Shown: positions 20,176 through 30,071 of the stretch, piece by piece | Layout: each line of letters opens with the position of its first letter | Numbering within the stretch: position 1 is the stretch's first letter | Translations under genes and position numbers: made by a program | Source: Desulfovibrio sp. UBA6079 | GTDB lineage: Bacteria > Desulfobacterota > Desulfovibrionia > Desulfovibrionales > Desulfovibrionaceae | DNA: 64,000 nt | Reading direction: 5' to 3' | Assembly: GCA_002428705.1 (NCBI GenBank) | Contig: DIXN01000001.1 | Coordinates: 15,030-79,029 of the forward strand | Notes under the pieces: generated by a model | Told to the model about the DNA's origin: nothing | Databases searched by the model: none | Seen by the model: only the letters and a program-made list of their open reading frames with translations

Positions 20176-21576
20176 ATGGCGAACGCCCTTCCCCTCGCCC
20201 GCCAGGCAGGCTATCAGCCGGATAGGACGAAGGAAACACTCTGTAAACCTGGGGAAGCGCACGTGCCCTCGAAATGCCTGCTCATCGTCCTCGACGGCCT
20301 GGGAGATCGGTCCTATGCCCGCTTCGGCCACTTGACGCCCCTGGCCTCGGCCCGGACCCCGGCCCTGGACGCCCTGGCCGCGCGCGGAGCCAGCGGCCTC
20401 TACCATGCCGGCAGCCTCGGCCAGGCCCTGCCGAGCGAGAACGCCCATTTCGCCATGTTCGGCTACGAGCTCTGCGATTTTCCGGGCCGCGGCGCACTCG
20501 AAGCCCTGGGCAGCGGGGTCGAGCTGGCCCCGGGCGAGGTGGCCGTGCTGGCCCACTTCGTCAGCCTGGAAAACGTGGACGGCCGGGCGCGTCTGGTCCA
20601 GGACCTGCCCCGGGCCGACGCGGCCGAGGCCAAGGCCTGCATCGCCGCGGCCGGGACCTTCGCCCACGATGGCGTGCAGGTGCGCTTCCACCAGACCAAG
20701 GGGCTCTTCGGCGTGCTCGTGCTCTCGGGCGGAGCGCTCGACCCGCGCGTCACCGACTCGAACCCCATGCGCGACGGGCGCTTCCTCTCCGCCGTCGTGC
20801 CCCGTGCCGAGGCAGCCGCCGATCCGGCCACCCGGCGCACGGCCGCGGCCCTGACCGCCTACCTGCGCTTCGCCCACCAGGCCCTCTCCTGCCTGCCCGA
20901 AAACGCCGCCCGGACCGCGCGCGGCCTTGCGCCGCTGAACGGTCTGGTCAGCCAGCGGGCGGGCCGTCTCAAGCCGGTCACGCCCTTTGCCCGGCGCTTC
21001 GGCCTGAAAGGGGCGAGCCTGGCCTCTGGCGCGGTCTTCAAGGGGCTGGCCGCCTACCTGGGCCTTGACTTCGTCAGGGCCCGCGAAACGGGCGACGCCG
21101 AGGCCGACATGTTCGAGCGGCTACACCTCGCCCGCGAGCTCCTGTCCGGCGATGTCGGCTTCCTGCACCTGCACACCAAGGCTCCGGACGAGGCCGCCCA
21201 CACCAAGGACCCAGTGGCCAAGCTCGCGGTCATCGAGGCCCTGGACCGGGCGCTTGCCCGGGGTTTGGCGCCCTTCCTGGACGATCCCGAGGTTCTGACC
21301 GTGGTCACAGCCGACCACTCCACGCCCTCCTGCGGCCAGTTGGTGCACTCGGGCGAGCCCGTGCCGCTGACCTTCTGCGGACCCGGCGTGCGCCGCGACG
21401 GGCTGAGCCGTTTCGACGAGGTGACGGCCGCGGCCGGGGCGCTCGGGCCGGTGCGCGGCACCGAGCTCATGGCCCTCATCCTGAACGCGCTCGACCGCTG
21501 CCGGCTGGCCGGCATCCACGACACACCGGAGTCCCTGGACTACTGGCCCGGCGACTTCGACCCCTTCCGCCTCTAG
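20176..21576 (+). CDS. alkaline-phosphatase-superfamily metalloenzyme, archaeal-type cofactor-independent phosphoglycerate mutase (ApgM)-like
   Basis: CLLIVLDGLGDRS, VVTADHSTPS and HSGEPVPLTF match ApgM-family metal-ligand blocks. From memory, this family also includes proposed non-canonical homoserine kinases, so the substrate is not assignable. Confidence 0.65.
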   Translation: MANALPLARQAGYQPDRTKETLCKPGEAHVPSKCLLIVLDGLGDRSYARFGHLTPLASARTPALDALAARGASGLYHAGSLGQALPSENAHFAMFGYELCDFPGRGALEALGSGVELAPGEVAVLAHFVSLENVDGRARLVQDLPRADAAEAKACIAAAGTFAHDGVQVRFHQTKGLFGVLVLSGGALDPRVTDSNPMRDGRFLSAVVPRAEAAADPATRRTAAALTAYLRFAHQALSCLPENAARTARGLAPLNGLVSQRAGRLKPVTPFARRFGLKGASLASGAVFKGLAAYLGLDFVRARETGDAEADMFERLHLARELLSGDVGFLHLHTKAPDEAAHTKDPVAKLAVIEALDRALARGLAPFLDDPEVLTVVTADHSTPSCGQLVHSGEPVPLTFCGPGVRRDGLSRFDEVTAAAGALGPVRGTELMALILNALDRCRLAGIHDTPESLDYWPGDFDPFRL

Positions 21577-21590
21577 CCGCAGGACCCGCC

Positions 21591-22169
21591 ATGCACCCGC
21601 CCTACCCGCTCGGCGTCATCCACGGCCGCTTCCAGGTCCTGCACCACGACCACCTGCGCTACCTGCTGGCCGGCCAGCGCCTCTGCGAGCACCTGGTGGT
21701 CGGCGTGACCAACCCCGACCCGGTGCTGACCCGCCAGGTGGCCGCCGACCCGAGGCGCGGCACGGCCCTGGCCAACCCGCTGACCTACTTCGAGCGCCAG
21801 GTCATGGTCGGCGCGGCGCTCACCGCCGCAGGCGTGCCCGCCGGCAGCTTCAGCGTCGTCCCCCTGCCCATCACCAACCCGGAGCTCTACCGCTACTACG
21901 TGCCGCTGGAGGCCGTCTTCTTCCTGACCATCTGCGACGACTGGGGCCGGCAGAAAAAGGCCTGGTTCGAGGAGCTGGGACTTGCCGTCCACGTACTCTG
22001 GGACGTGCCGCCCGAGCATAAGGGCCAGCAGGCCTCGGACATCCGGGAGCGCATGGCCCGTAATGAGCCCTGGCAAAACCTGGTGCCGCCGGCCGTGGCC
22101 GCGCTCCTCGCCGCCTGGGGCATCCCCTCGCGCCTGGCCCGCCTGGCCGCGGAGGCCGAGCCTGCGTAA
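21591..22169 (+). CDS. cytidylyl/adenylyltransferase-fold protein (NMN adenylyltransferase-like)
   Basis: 192 aa. GVIHGRFQVLHHDHL matches the G-x-F-x-x-x-H-x-x-H nucleotidyltransferase signature. Begins 15 nt after the ApgM-like gene. Confidence 0.6.
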   Translation: MHPPYPLGVIHGRFQVLHHDHLRYLLAGQRLCEHLVVGVTNPDPVLTRQVAADPRRGTALANPLTYFERQVMVGAALTAAGVPAGSFSVVPLPITNPELYRYYVPLEAVFFLTICDDWGRQKKAWFEELGLAVHVLWDVPPEHKGQQASDIRERMARNEPWQNLVPPAVAALLAAWGIPSRLARLAAEAEPA

Positions 22170-22484
22170 CACGTCCACTAGCCGGCGCAGTACACTGTTG
22201 GGGCTTGTCAGGAGGTGTAAAGTTGTTACATTCCGCGCACGAGGCGACGGCGACCTGGATACCTCGATCGCCGCTGTTTCGTGGCGCCGGGAACCACATC
22301 CTCACTGCTGGTTCTGTTCGACGTCGTTTCTTCTCCTCGGGGGCCTCGCCGTGCGGGGCCCCCAAAAATCACCAATGCTCTTGCTGCCTGTTTGACGAGG
22401 CGCGTGTTTCGGCGCAATCATGCCTGGCCGCAACCGTGAATCGAGGCCGAACGTCTGTTTGCATCCGACAGCCGGAGAAGGGAC

Positions 22485-23609
22485 ATGACCTACCAGCCCG
22501 CCGATCGTGCCATGTTCCAGCCTGTCGCCCTCGGGCAGCTGACCATCGACAACCGTTTCGTCCGCTCCGCCACCTGGGAGGGCATGGCCGCCGAGGACGG
22601 CTCGGTCACGGAGAAGCTGACCCGGACCCTGGTCCGCCTGGCAAAGGGCGGGGTGGGGCTCGTCATCACCGGACACGCATACGTTCTGAAGCAAGGGCAG
22701 GCCGGGCCGTGGAAGTTGGGCGTCCACCATCCTTCCATGAAGCCGGGGCTGACCGGCTTGACCGCGGCCGTGCACGAGGCCGGAGGAAAGATCGTCGCCC
22801 AATTGGCCCATGCCGGAAAGCTGGCGAACGTCGAACTGTCCGGAGCGGAGGCGCTGGGGCCTTCGGACGGCGAAGGCTTTCGGGCCATGACCGAGGCCGA
22901 GATCGATTCGACCGTGGAGGCCTTTGCCAGGGCCGCTCACCTCTGCCGCGAATCCGGCTTCGACGCGGTCCAGATTCACGCCGCCCACGGCTATCTCTTG
23001 AGCCAGTTCCTCTCGCCCTATTACAACAAGCGTTCCGATGCCCATGGCGGCAGCCTGGAGAACCGGGCGCGTTTCCTGCTCGCGGTGGTCCGGCGGGTGC
23101 GCCTGGCCGTGGGGCCCGAGTATCCGGTGCTGTGCAAGATGAACTCCGATGACTTTCTGCCCGGCGGGTTCACGGTGGATGAGGCCGTCACCGTGGCGGG
23201 CATGCTCAAGGACGTCGGTTTGGACTGCCTGGAGATTTCGGGCGGCACCGGCGACTCCGGCAGGCTCATGCCCGTGCGGCCCGGCAGGATCAAGTCCCCC
23301 AGGGCCGAAGGCTATTTCAAGGAGGCGGCCGGGCGGATCAAGGCGGCCGTGGACCTGCCCCTGATCCTGGTGGGCGGCATCCGGTCCTTCGAGGTCGCGC
23401 GAAAGCTCGTGGCGGATGGCGTGTGCGACGCCGTTTCGCTGTCCCGGCCGCTCATCCGCGAGCCTGAGCTCGTCAACCGCTGGAAATCCGGGGACCTGCG
23501 GCCGTCGGCCTGCGTCTCGGACAATCTCTGCTTCCGCCCGGCCATGAGCGGCGAGGGGATCTCCTGCCTGAGCGAAAAGCTCCTGAAGGAGAAAGCCGCC
23601 AGGAGATGA
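22485..23609 (+). CDS. NADH:flavin oxidoreductase, Old Yellow Enzyme family
   Basis: FQPVALGQLTIDNRFVRSAT..., IHAAHGYLLSQFLSPYYNKRSDAHGGSLENRARF. GGAGAAGGGAC lies before the ATG. Confidence 0.85.
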   Translation: MTYQPADRAMFQPVALGQLTIDNRFVRSATWEGMAAEDGSVTEKLTRTLVRLAKGGVGLVITGHAYVLKQGQAGPWKLGVHHPSMKPGLTGLTAAVHEAGGKIVAQLAHAGKLANVELSGAEALGPSDGEGFRAMTEAEIDSTVEAFARAAHLCRESGFDAVQIHAAHGYLLSQFLSPYYNKRSDAHGGSLENRARFLLAVVRRVRLAVGPEYPVLCKMNSDDFLPGGFTVDEAVTVAGMLKDVGLDCLEISGGTGDSGRLMPVRPGRIKSPRAEGYFKEAAGRIKAAVDLPLILVGGIRSFEVARKLVADGVCDAVSLSRPLIREPELVNRWKSGDLRPSACVSDNLCFRPAMSGEGISCLSEKLLKEKAARR

Positions 23610-23838
23610 AGGCGGCCGGAAGCTCCGCAAGCCGCTCCCGACCGATCCCCGGCGCACCATCCCAGCCTCCGCAACGTGGAACTCCGGGCGCATGACATAG
23701 TCACGCGACCAGCTGAGTCTGCTTCTTGGGGTTACCTGCCCACGAGCGGTCGCGTCGGCCTGACGCCGGCCCCGGCCAGCGCCCGGTCGCGCCCTTCACG
23801 GCCTTCTTGATCTTGCTTCCCGATCTTGGCTCCCGGCC

Positions 23839-24819
23839 CTACGGCCTGGAGGAGAACCAGCTCACGGCGTCGGCCAGGGCCTCGACGGCCGGCCGCGGGG
23901 CATAGCCGAGCTCGCGCTGGGCCTTGTCGCTGGTAAAGAACATCTGCTTGGTGGACATGCGCAGGGCGTCGCGGCAGACCATGGGCTCGGTGCCGGTCAG
24001 GTGCGACCAGGCCTCGCAGGCCACGGCCAGCGGATAGAGCAGGCGGTGGGGCAGGCGCACGGCCGGAGCCCGGCCGTTGGTGATGGCCGCCAGGTGGCCG
24101 AGGAGCTCTTTCAGGCTCATGTTCTCGCCGCCCAGGATGTAGCGTTCGCCGACCGTCCCTTTGGTCAGGGCCAGGAGATGGCCCGCGGCCACGTCGTCCA
24201 CGTGGACCACGTTCAGGCCGGTGTCGACGTAGGCCGGCATGCGGCCGCGAAGAAAGTCGCGGACGATGCGGCCGGTGGGCGTGGGTTTCACGTCCCCCGG
24301 TCCCATGGGCGTGGAGGGGTTGACCACCACGGCCGGCAGCCCCTCCTCGCGCACCAGGTCGAGCACGGTCTTCTCGGCCAGGTATTTGGAGTGCTTGTAG
24401 GGGCCGACCAGATCCTTCTCCCGCAGGGCCGCGGTCTCGTCGGAGGCCCCGCCAGGGCCGGGCAGGCCGACGCAGGCCACGCTGCTGGTGTAGACCACCC
24501 GGCGCACCCCGGACTTCAGGGCCGCGCGCATGAGCGCGGCGGTGCCGGCCACGTTGGTCCGGTACATGTCGTCGGGATCGGGTGCCCAGAGGCGGTAGTC
24601 CGCGGCCACGTGGAAGACGTACTCGCAGCCGTCCACGGCCCGTTCGAGGCTCGCCGCGTCGCGCAGGTCGCCGGTGGCGATCTCGGCCTTGAGCCCGGCG
24701 AGGTTGGCGCCGTTGGCCTTGGCCCGGACCAGGAGGCGCAGGGAGAATCCGGCCGCGGCCAGGCGCCGGGCCACGGCCGCGCCGACAAAACCTGTGGCGC
24801 CGGTGACGAGGGTTTTCAT
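23839..24819 (-). CDS. NAD-dependent epimerase/dehydratase (HpnA-like / dihydroflavonol-reductase-like SDR)
   Basis: MKTLVTGATGFVGAAVARRL (Rossmann GxxGxxG). HVAADYRLWAPDPDDMYRTNVAGT closely resembles hopanoid-associated sugar epimerase HpnA-type proteins (from memory). Confidence 0.8.
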   Translation of the reverse strand: MKTLVTGATGFVGAAVARRLAAAGFSLRLLVRAKANGANLAGLKAEIATGDLRDAASLERAVDGCEYVFHVAADYRLWAPDPDDMYRTNVAGTAALMRAALKSGVRRVVYTSSVACVGLPGPGGASDETAALREKDLVGPYKHSKYLAEKTVLDLVREEGLPAVVVNPSTPMGPGDVKPTPTGRIVRDFLRGRMPAYVDTGLNVVHVDDVAAGHLLALTKGTVGERYILGGENMSLKELLGHLAAITNGRAPAVRLPHRLLYPLAVACEAWSHLTGTEPMVCRDALRMSTKQMFFTSDKAQRELGYAPRPAVEALADAVSWFSSRP

Positions 24820-24924
24820 GAGGTTCGGTATGCTCCTGGAAAATGACCGGCGGATGTCAACGGCGCGAACGTAGCGCAGACCGCGCCCGGTAACAAGCGC
24901 CGCCTGCTGCTGCCGGAGCCGGAG

Positions 24925-25973
24925 TCAGGCCGCCGGCTCCTGGCGGCTCAGGCAGTGGACGGTGCCCCGGCCGAGCACCAGGTCCGAGGCGTGGATGCCG
25001 ACGACCGGCCGGTCGCAAAGCTCGGAGAGGATGCCCAGGGCTTTCACGTCGCTCGGGTCGTTGAAGGTCGGCACGAGCACGCAGGCGTTGGCCAGGTAGA
25101 AGTTGGCGTAGCTCGCCGGCAGGCGCAGGCCTTTGTAGACCTGGGGACCGGGCATGGGCAGGTGGACGATCTCGGGCTTCGCTCCGCCGGCCAGGCGCAG
25201 GTCCTGAAGGCGCTCGCGGTTCTCGGCCAGGGCGCGGTAGTTCGCGTCGGCCGGGTTTCCCTCTTGCGCCAGGACGACGGTTCCCGGGTTGACGAAGCGG
25301 CAGAGGTCGTCCACATGGCCGTGGGTGTCGTCCCCGGCGATTCCGTCGCCGAGCCAGAAGACCCGGGTCGCGCCGAACAGGCGTTTGAAAAGCGCCTCGT
25401 AGTCGGCCCTGGTGAAGCCGGGGTTGCGGACCTGGACCTTGGGGTGCAGCAGGCACTCCTCGGTGGTCAGGAGCGTGCCCTGGCCGTCGACCTCGATGGC
25501 TCCGCCCTCCAGCACCACGCGCGCGCCGCCCGCGGCCGTGGGCAGCAGGGGCAGAGCCAGGTGGTCCGCGGCCTGGCGGGGCACCCGGTCGTCCAGCAGG
25601 TGGTTTTTGTACTTGGCCCAGCCGGTGAAGACGAAGTCGGCCACGACCCGCGTTCCGTCCGGGGCGAGCAGCACACAGGGGCCGTTGTCGCGCATCCAGC
25701 TGCGGTCGGTGGGCAGGGACAAAAACTCGACCCGCGAGGTGTCTGCGCCCACGGCCGCCAGGTGCCGCCGGGCAGAGGCCTCCAGGCGCGCGCTGCCCAC
25801 GGCCAGGCGCACGGTCTCGCCGGCCGAGAGATGCCGGACCATGTCGGCAAAGGCCCAGAGCACGCCCTGGTGGCGGCCCGGCCAGTCGAGCGGGCCGGGC
25901 CAGGCGAGCCAGGTGGCCTCGTGCCGGGCCCATTCCGGGGGCAGATAGTGGTAGCCGGCCAGGCGCTCTTCGC

Positions 25974-25977
<4 letters not shown>
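24925..25977 (-). CDS. aguA: agmatine deiminase
   Basis: Start moved to internal ATG 25977 (MSEERLAGYHYLPPEWARHEATWLAWP). C-terminal catalytic Cys block GRGTVHCLSRQEP. The upstream 137 codons of the track ORF are R/G-rich and overlap aguB. Confidence 0.85.
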
Positions 25978-26861
<884 letters not shown>

Positions 26862-26973
26862 GCTCCGGTCCTGAACTCTACCGACTTGGTCTGGTCAAAG
26901 CCATTTTTCGGATCGGAGTCAAGGATTTTTCCTCTCGGCCGGGAGAAAATCGTAAAACGACTATCGCCTGACG

Positions 26974-27987
26974 CTAGCAGGCGCCGACGACGCAGTCCCG
27001 GCCCCGGGCCTTGGCCGCGTAGAGACGCTGGTCGACCAGGGCCATGAGCCCTGCGGCCGTCAATGGGACGACCTCGCCGCTTCCGGCCACGCCGGCGCTG
27101 AAGGTCACTCCAAGACGGATGTCCTCGCCGAAGCTCCGGGCCGCGCACAGACCGCGCAGGCGCTCGGCGGTGGCCAGCCCCTCGGCCGCGGTGGCCCCAG
27201 GCATGAGGATGGTGAACTCCTCGCCGCCGTAGCGGCTGACCACGTCCACGCCCTGGCGGACGTTGCCGCGCAGGATCGCGGTGAGCTCCTGGAGCACGTG
27301 GTCGCCCACGGCATGGCCGAAGCGGTCGTTGACCTGCTTGAAGTCGTCGAGATCGAGCATGATCACCGCCAGCGATCCGGGCTGGCGCGTGAGCCTGGCC
27401 AGCTCCTCGTCCAGGCGGATCTCGAAGTAGCGGCGCACGTAGGCCCTGGTCAGGCCGTCGATCACGGCCAGCTCGAACAGGCGGGCATTGGCCAGGCTGA
27501 TGGCCAGGGTGGTGACCAGGACCCGCAGGTACTGGCGGGTGGCCAGATCGGGCTCGGCGCAAGCCTCCAGGACCAGGTAGCCGAAGAACTCCCCGGACAG
27601 CGCGAGAACCGGCATGACCAGGACCTGGACCGAGGCCGGCTCGCCGGGTGCGGCCGGCAGCAGGGCCGGCCCCAGGAGCCGTCCCGGCATGATGGCGTCG
27701 CACCTGGGACCTTGCAGGGAGGCGAAACCGGAAGCGGCCAGCGGCAGGGTCAGCGCCTCGCGGCCGGTTCCGTCGCCGGCCCGCAGGCCGGCCAGGTGCA
27801 GGCTCTGGCCGTCGTCGGCCATCATCCACAAGGCCAGGCGCCTGGACCCGCTGAAGTCGGCCAGGCAGTCCAGGGCGACGTCCACCGTGCGCTCCCTGTC
27901 GGTCAGGGCGGACACGAGCAGGTTGGCGTAATTGAGGACGAGGAGGTTGGTTTCGAGCTCGTTCAGCTGGTAGTTGTTCGTGGGCAT
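26974..27987 (-). CDS. diguanylate cyclase (GAF-like N-terminus plus GGDEF)
   Basis: DGLTRAYVRRYF...LDLDDFKQVNDRFGHAVGD...RYGGEEF. Confidence 0.8.
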   Translation of the reverse strand: MPTNNYQLNELETNLLVLNYANLLVSALTDRERTVDVALDCLADFSGSRRLALWMMADDGQSLHLAGLRAGDGTGREALTLPLAASGFASLQGPRCDAIMPGRLLGPALLPAAPGEPASVQVLVMPVLALSGEFFGYLVLEACAEPDLATRQYLRVLVTTLAISLANARLFELAVIDGLTRAYVRRYFEIRLDEELARLTRQPGSLAVIMLDLDDFKQVNDRFGHAVGDHVLQELTAILRGNVRQGVDVVSRYGGEEFTILMPGATAAEGLATAERLRGLCAARSFGEDIRLGVTFSAGVAGSGEVVPLTAAGLMALVDQRLYAAKARGRDCVVGAC

Positions 27988-28159
27988 GGCGTGATCCTTG
28001 GCTTCTCCGCGCCGCTCCCGGCCTACGGGAATATCGGGCTGAAATCAATGCCCGATCCCGGCGCACCCGGCCAGATTTTCCTCCCACTCCCTTGCAACGC
28101 CCGCCGAAAAGGTTATGATCCCGGCAGGCTTTTCTACCCTTGCAACCTCGAGGTGCACC

Positions 28160-28855
28160 ATGATCACCTCCCTTGCCCCCGGGGACGAACGACGTCGCTC
28201 CCCGCGACTGAGGCCATGCATCGCCTCGGTCTTCGTGCACGGGCAATGGCGGGAGTATCCGCTGAAAGACGTAAGCGGCCACGGCTTGGCTCTGGTCACC
28301 TGCCCCGAGCGCTTCAGCCGCGAGGAGCAGCTCCGCCTGGACCTGCTGCAGAACCGTTGGCCCGTGGCCGAGGGCCTGCACGCCCGCGTGGTCCGCCTGG
28401 ACGCGGACACCGCGGGCTTGAGCTTCGAGGAGTTGAGCAGCGAGCAGTCCGCCGCCCTCTCGCGCCTGGGCCAGGCCACGACCCTGGCCAGCGAGGAGAA
28501 CCGACGCCACGGGTTGCCCGACTTCTCGACCCTGGTGCTGCGCTACAAGGACCGCCCCCAGGAGCTCGGCGAGCTGGTGGCCGAATGGCAGAAGAAGGCC
28601 CCCGAGCTGCTGGCAAGCGTCCTGGAGGCCCTGGCCGCGGGCCAGGCGACCCTTGCCACCGACGATCTCGACCGGCTGGCGACCATGGCCGGCTGCATCC
28701 GGGCCACGGCGCTCGTGGCCATCCTGCGCGAGATCGGCCAGCGCCTGTCCAGCCCCGGCGCGGAGGTGAAGCCCACCCACCTGCGCTTACTCTCGCGCGA
28801 ACTCGAGCTGGTCAGCGCGGGACTCTCGCGCCTGTGCCAGGCGCAACGGGCCTGA
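28160..28855 (+). CDS. PilZ-domain protein with a C-terminal helical (Hpt-like?) domain
   Basis: Start moved to ATG 28160. PilZ c-di-GMP motifs RRRSPR (RRxxxR) and DVSGHG (DxSxxG). The C-terminal ~110 aa are a helical bundle-like region. The Hpt resemblance is tentative, and no His sits at the expected position. Confidence 0.6.
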   Translation: MITSLAPGDERRRSPRLRPCIASVFVHGQWREYPLKDVSGHGLALVTCPERFSREEQLRLDLLQNRWPVAEGLHARVVRLDADTAGLSFEELSSEQSAALSRLGQATTLASEENRRHGLPDFSTLVLRYKDRPQELGELVAEWQKKAPELLASVLEALAAGQATLATDDLDRLATMAGCIRATALVAILREIGQRLSSPGAEVKPTHLRLLSRELELVSAGLSRLCQAQRA

Positions 28856-28953
28856 AGCCCCTGCCCTTCCCGCGAACAAAGCGCGGGCCCGGCCGGGATC
28901 GCTCCCGGGGGCCCGCGCGTCGTTTCAGTCGAGGCGCTGCCGGGCGGCCGGCG

Positions 28954-29148
28954 CTAATCCTCCCAGTGGATGCACTGGACCGGACAGGTGTCGATGGCCT
29001 CCTGAATCTTGTCCTCAGGGGCGCCGTCGGGGTTGTAGACCTGGGCCTTGCCCGAGCCCTGGTCGAACTGGAAGACCTCCGGAGCGATCTCGCAGCAGGA
29101 TTCGCAGCCGATGCACTCGTCCGTGTCGATGTAGACGACCTTGCCCAT
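28954..29148 (-). CDS. small ferredoxin (Desulfovibrio ferredoxin I-like)
   Basis: 64 aa with a CIGCESC...C...CPVQC cluster motif. Acidic, and typical in size. Confidence 0.85.
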   Translation of the reverse strand: MGKVVYIDTDECIGCESCCEIAPEVFQFDQGSGKAQVYNPDGAPEDKIQEAIDTCPVQCIHWED

Positions 29149-29169
29149 GATCGAACCTCCTCAAAGGAT

Positions 29170-29931
29170 TTAGGGGCGAGCGCCGACGGTCATGGCCGCG
29201 AGCGGCTCGCTTGCCACCATATCACCTTGGCGGGTGATGACAACCTCTTTGAGCGGGAAACCGGCCTGCGCCCGGCGCATGGCCTCGGCGACCACGGCCG
29301 AGAGCCCCCGGCAGCAGGGCACCTCCATGCGGGCCACAGTCAGGCCCGCGAGGCCGGCCTGGCGGAAAACCTCGGCCAGGCGAGTAACCGCGGCCTCGTT
29401 GTCGTCGAACTTGGGGCAGCCGATCATGACCGCGCGGCCGGCCAGCAGCTGCCGGTGGAAGCCGGCGAAAGCCACCGGCACGCAGTCCGCGGCCACCAGC
29501 AGCTCGGCCCCTTTCAGGAAAGGGGCGTTCGGCGGCACGAGCCGGGTCTGCACCGGCCAGTGGCCCAGGGCCGAGGGCGTCTCTCCATCGGCCTTTGCCG
29601 CTACCTGGCGCGGGGCGAAGGTGGCCAGGCCGGACCCCGGACAGCCGCAGCCGGCGGCGTCCCGGCCCACGGCCGCCAGCGTGTCGCGCCGGCGCACGTG
29701 CTCCAGGGCCGCGTGCTCGTCGAACTCCTCGGCCTCGCGCTCGACGATGGCCAGCGCGCCCTGCGGGCAGGCGCCGAGGCAGGCGCCCAGGCCGTCGCAG
29801 AAGCTGTCCTTCACCACAACGGCCTTGCCGCTCCTGATTTCGATGGCGCCCTCGGCGCAAGAGGTGACGCACTGCCCGCAGCCGTCGCAGCGCTCGCGGT
29901 CTATCTCGATGATCTTTCTGATCTGATGCAT
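29170..29931 (-). CDS. iron-sulfur cluster-binding protein (N-terminal 2x[4Fe-4S] domain plus Cys-rich C-terminal domain; FrdX-like)
   Basis: Start moved to ATG 29931 (MHQIRKIIEIDRERCDGCGQCVTSC...CDGLGACLGACP), preceded by GGAGGATACT. C-terminal Cys motifs CGCPG, GCPKFDD and VPCCRG. Confidence 0.7.
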   Translation of the reverse strand: MHQIRKIIEIDRERCDGCGQCVTSCAEGAIEIRSGKAVVVKDSFCDGLGACLGACPQGALAIVEREAEEFDEHAALEHVRRRDTLAAVGRDAAGCGCPGSGLATFAPRQVAAKADGETPSALGHWPVQTRLVPPNAPFLKGAELLVAADCVPVAFAGFHRQLLAGRAVMIGCPKFDDNEAAVTRLAEVFRQAGLAGLTVARMEVPCCRGLSAVVAEAMRRAQAGFPLKEVVITRQGDMVASEPLAAMTVGARP

Positions 29932-30003
29932 AGTATCCTCCGGGATTGAAGCTCTCGGTTCCAACTCTCGGCTTCCTTCTAGCCATCGCCGGCGAAAAAG
30001 CAT

Positions 30004-30017
30004 TTGACCTGGATCAA
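30004..30017. promoter_or_regulatory. FNR/CRP-family operator candidate TTGAC-CTGG-ATCAA
   Basis: 9/10 match to the TTGAT-N4-ATCAA palindrome. It sits in the 140-bp divergent intergenic region between the Fe-S gene (start 29931) and the CRP/FNR regulator gene (start 30072). Confidence 0.5.
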
Positions 30018-30071
30018 GAATGGCGATTTTTTCTCCCGAGCGTCGTTTTTTTGCCAACCCAAGGACCGGTC

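Noticed and set aside
22216-22230. Inverted repeat TGTAA-AGTTG-TTACA upstream of the OYE reductase gene
   Set aside because: The arms are only 5 bp, no adjacent regulator gene is present, and a chance occurrence is plausible. I do not call it an operator.
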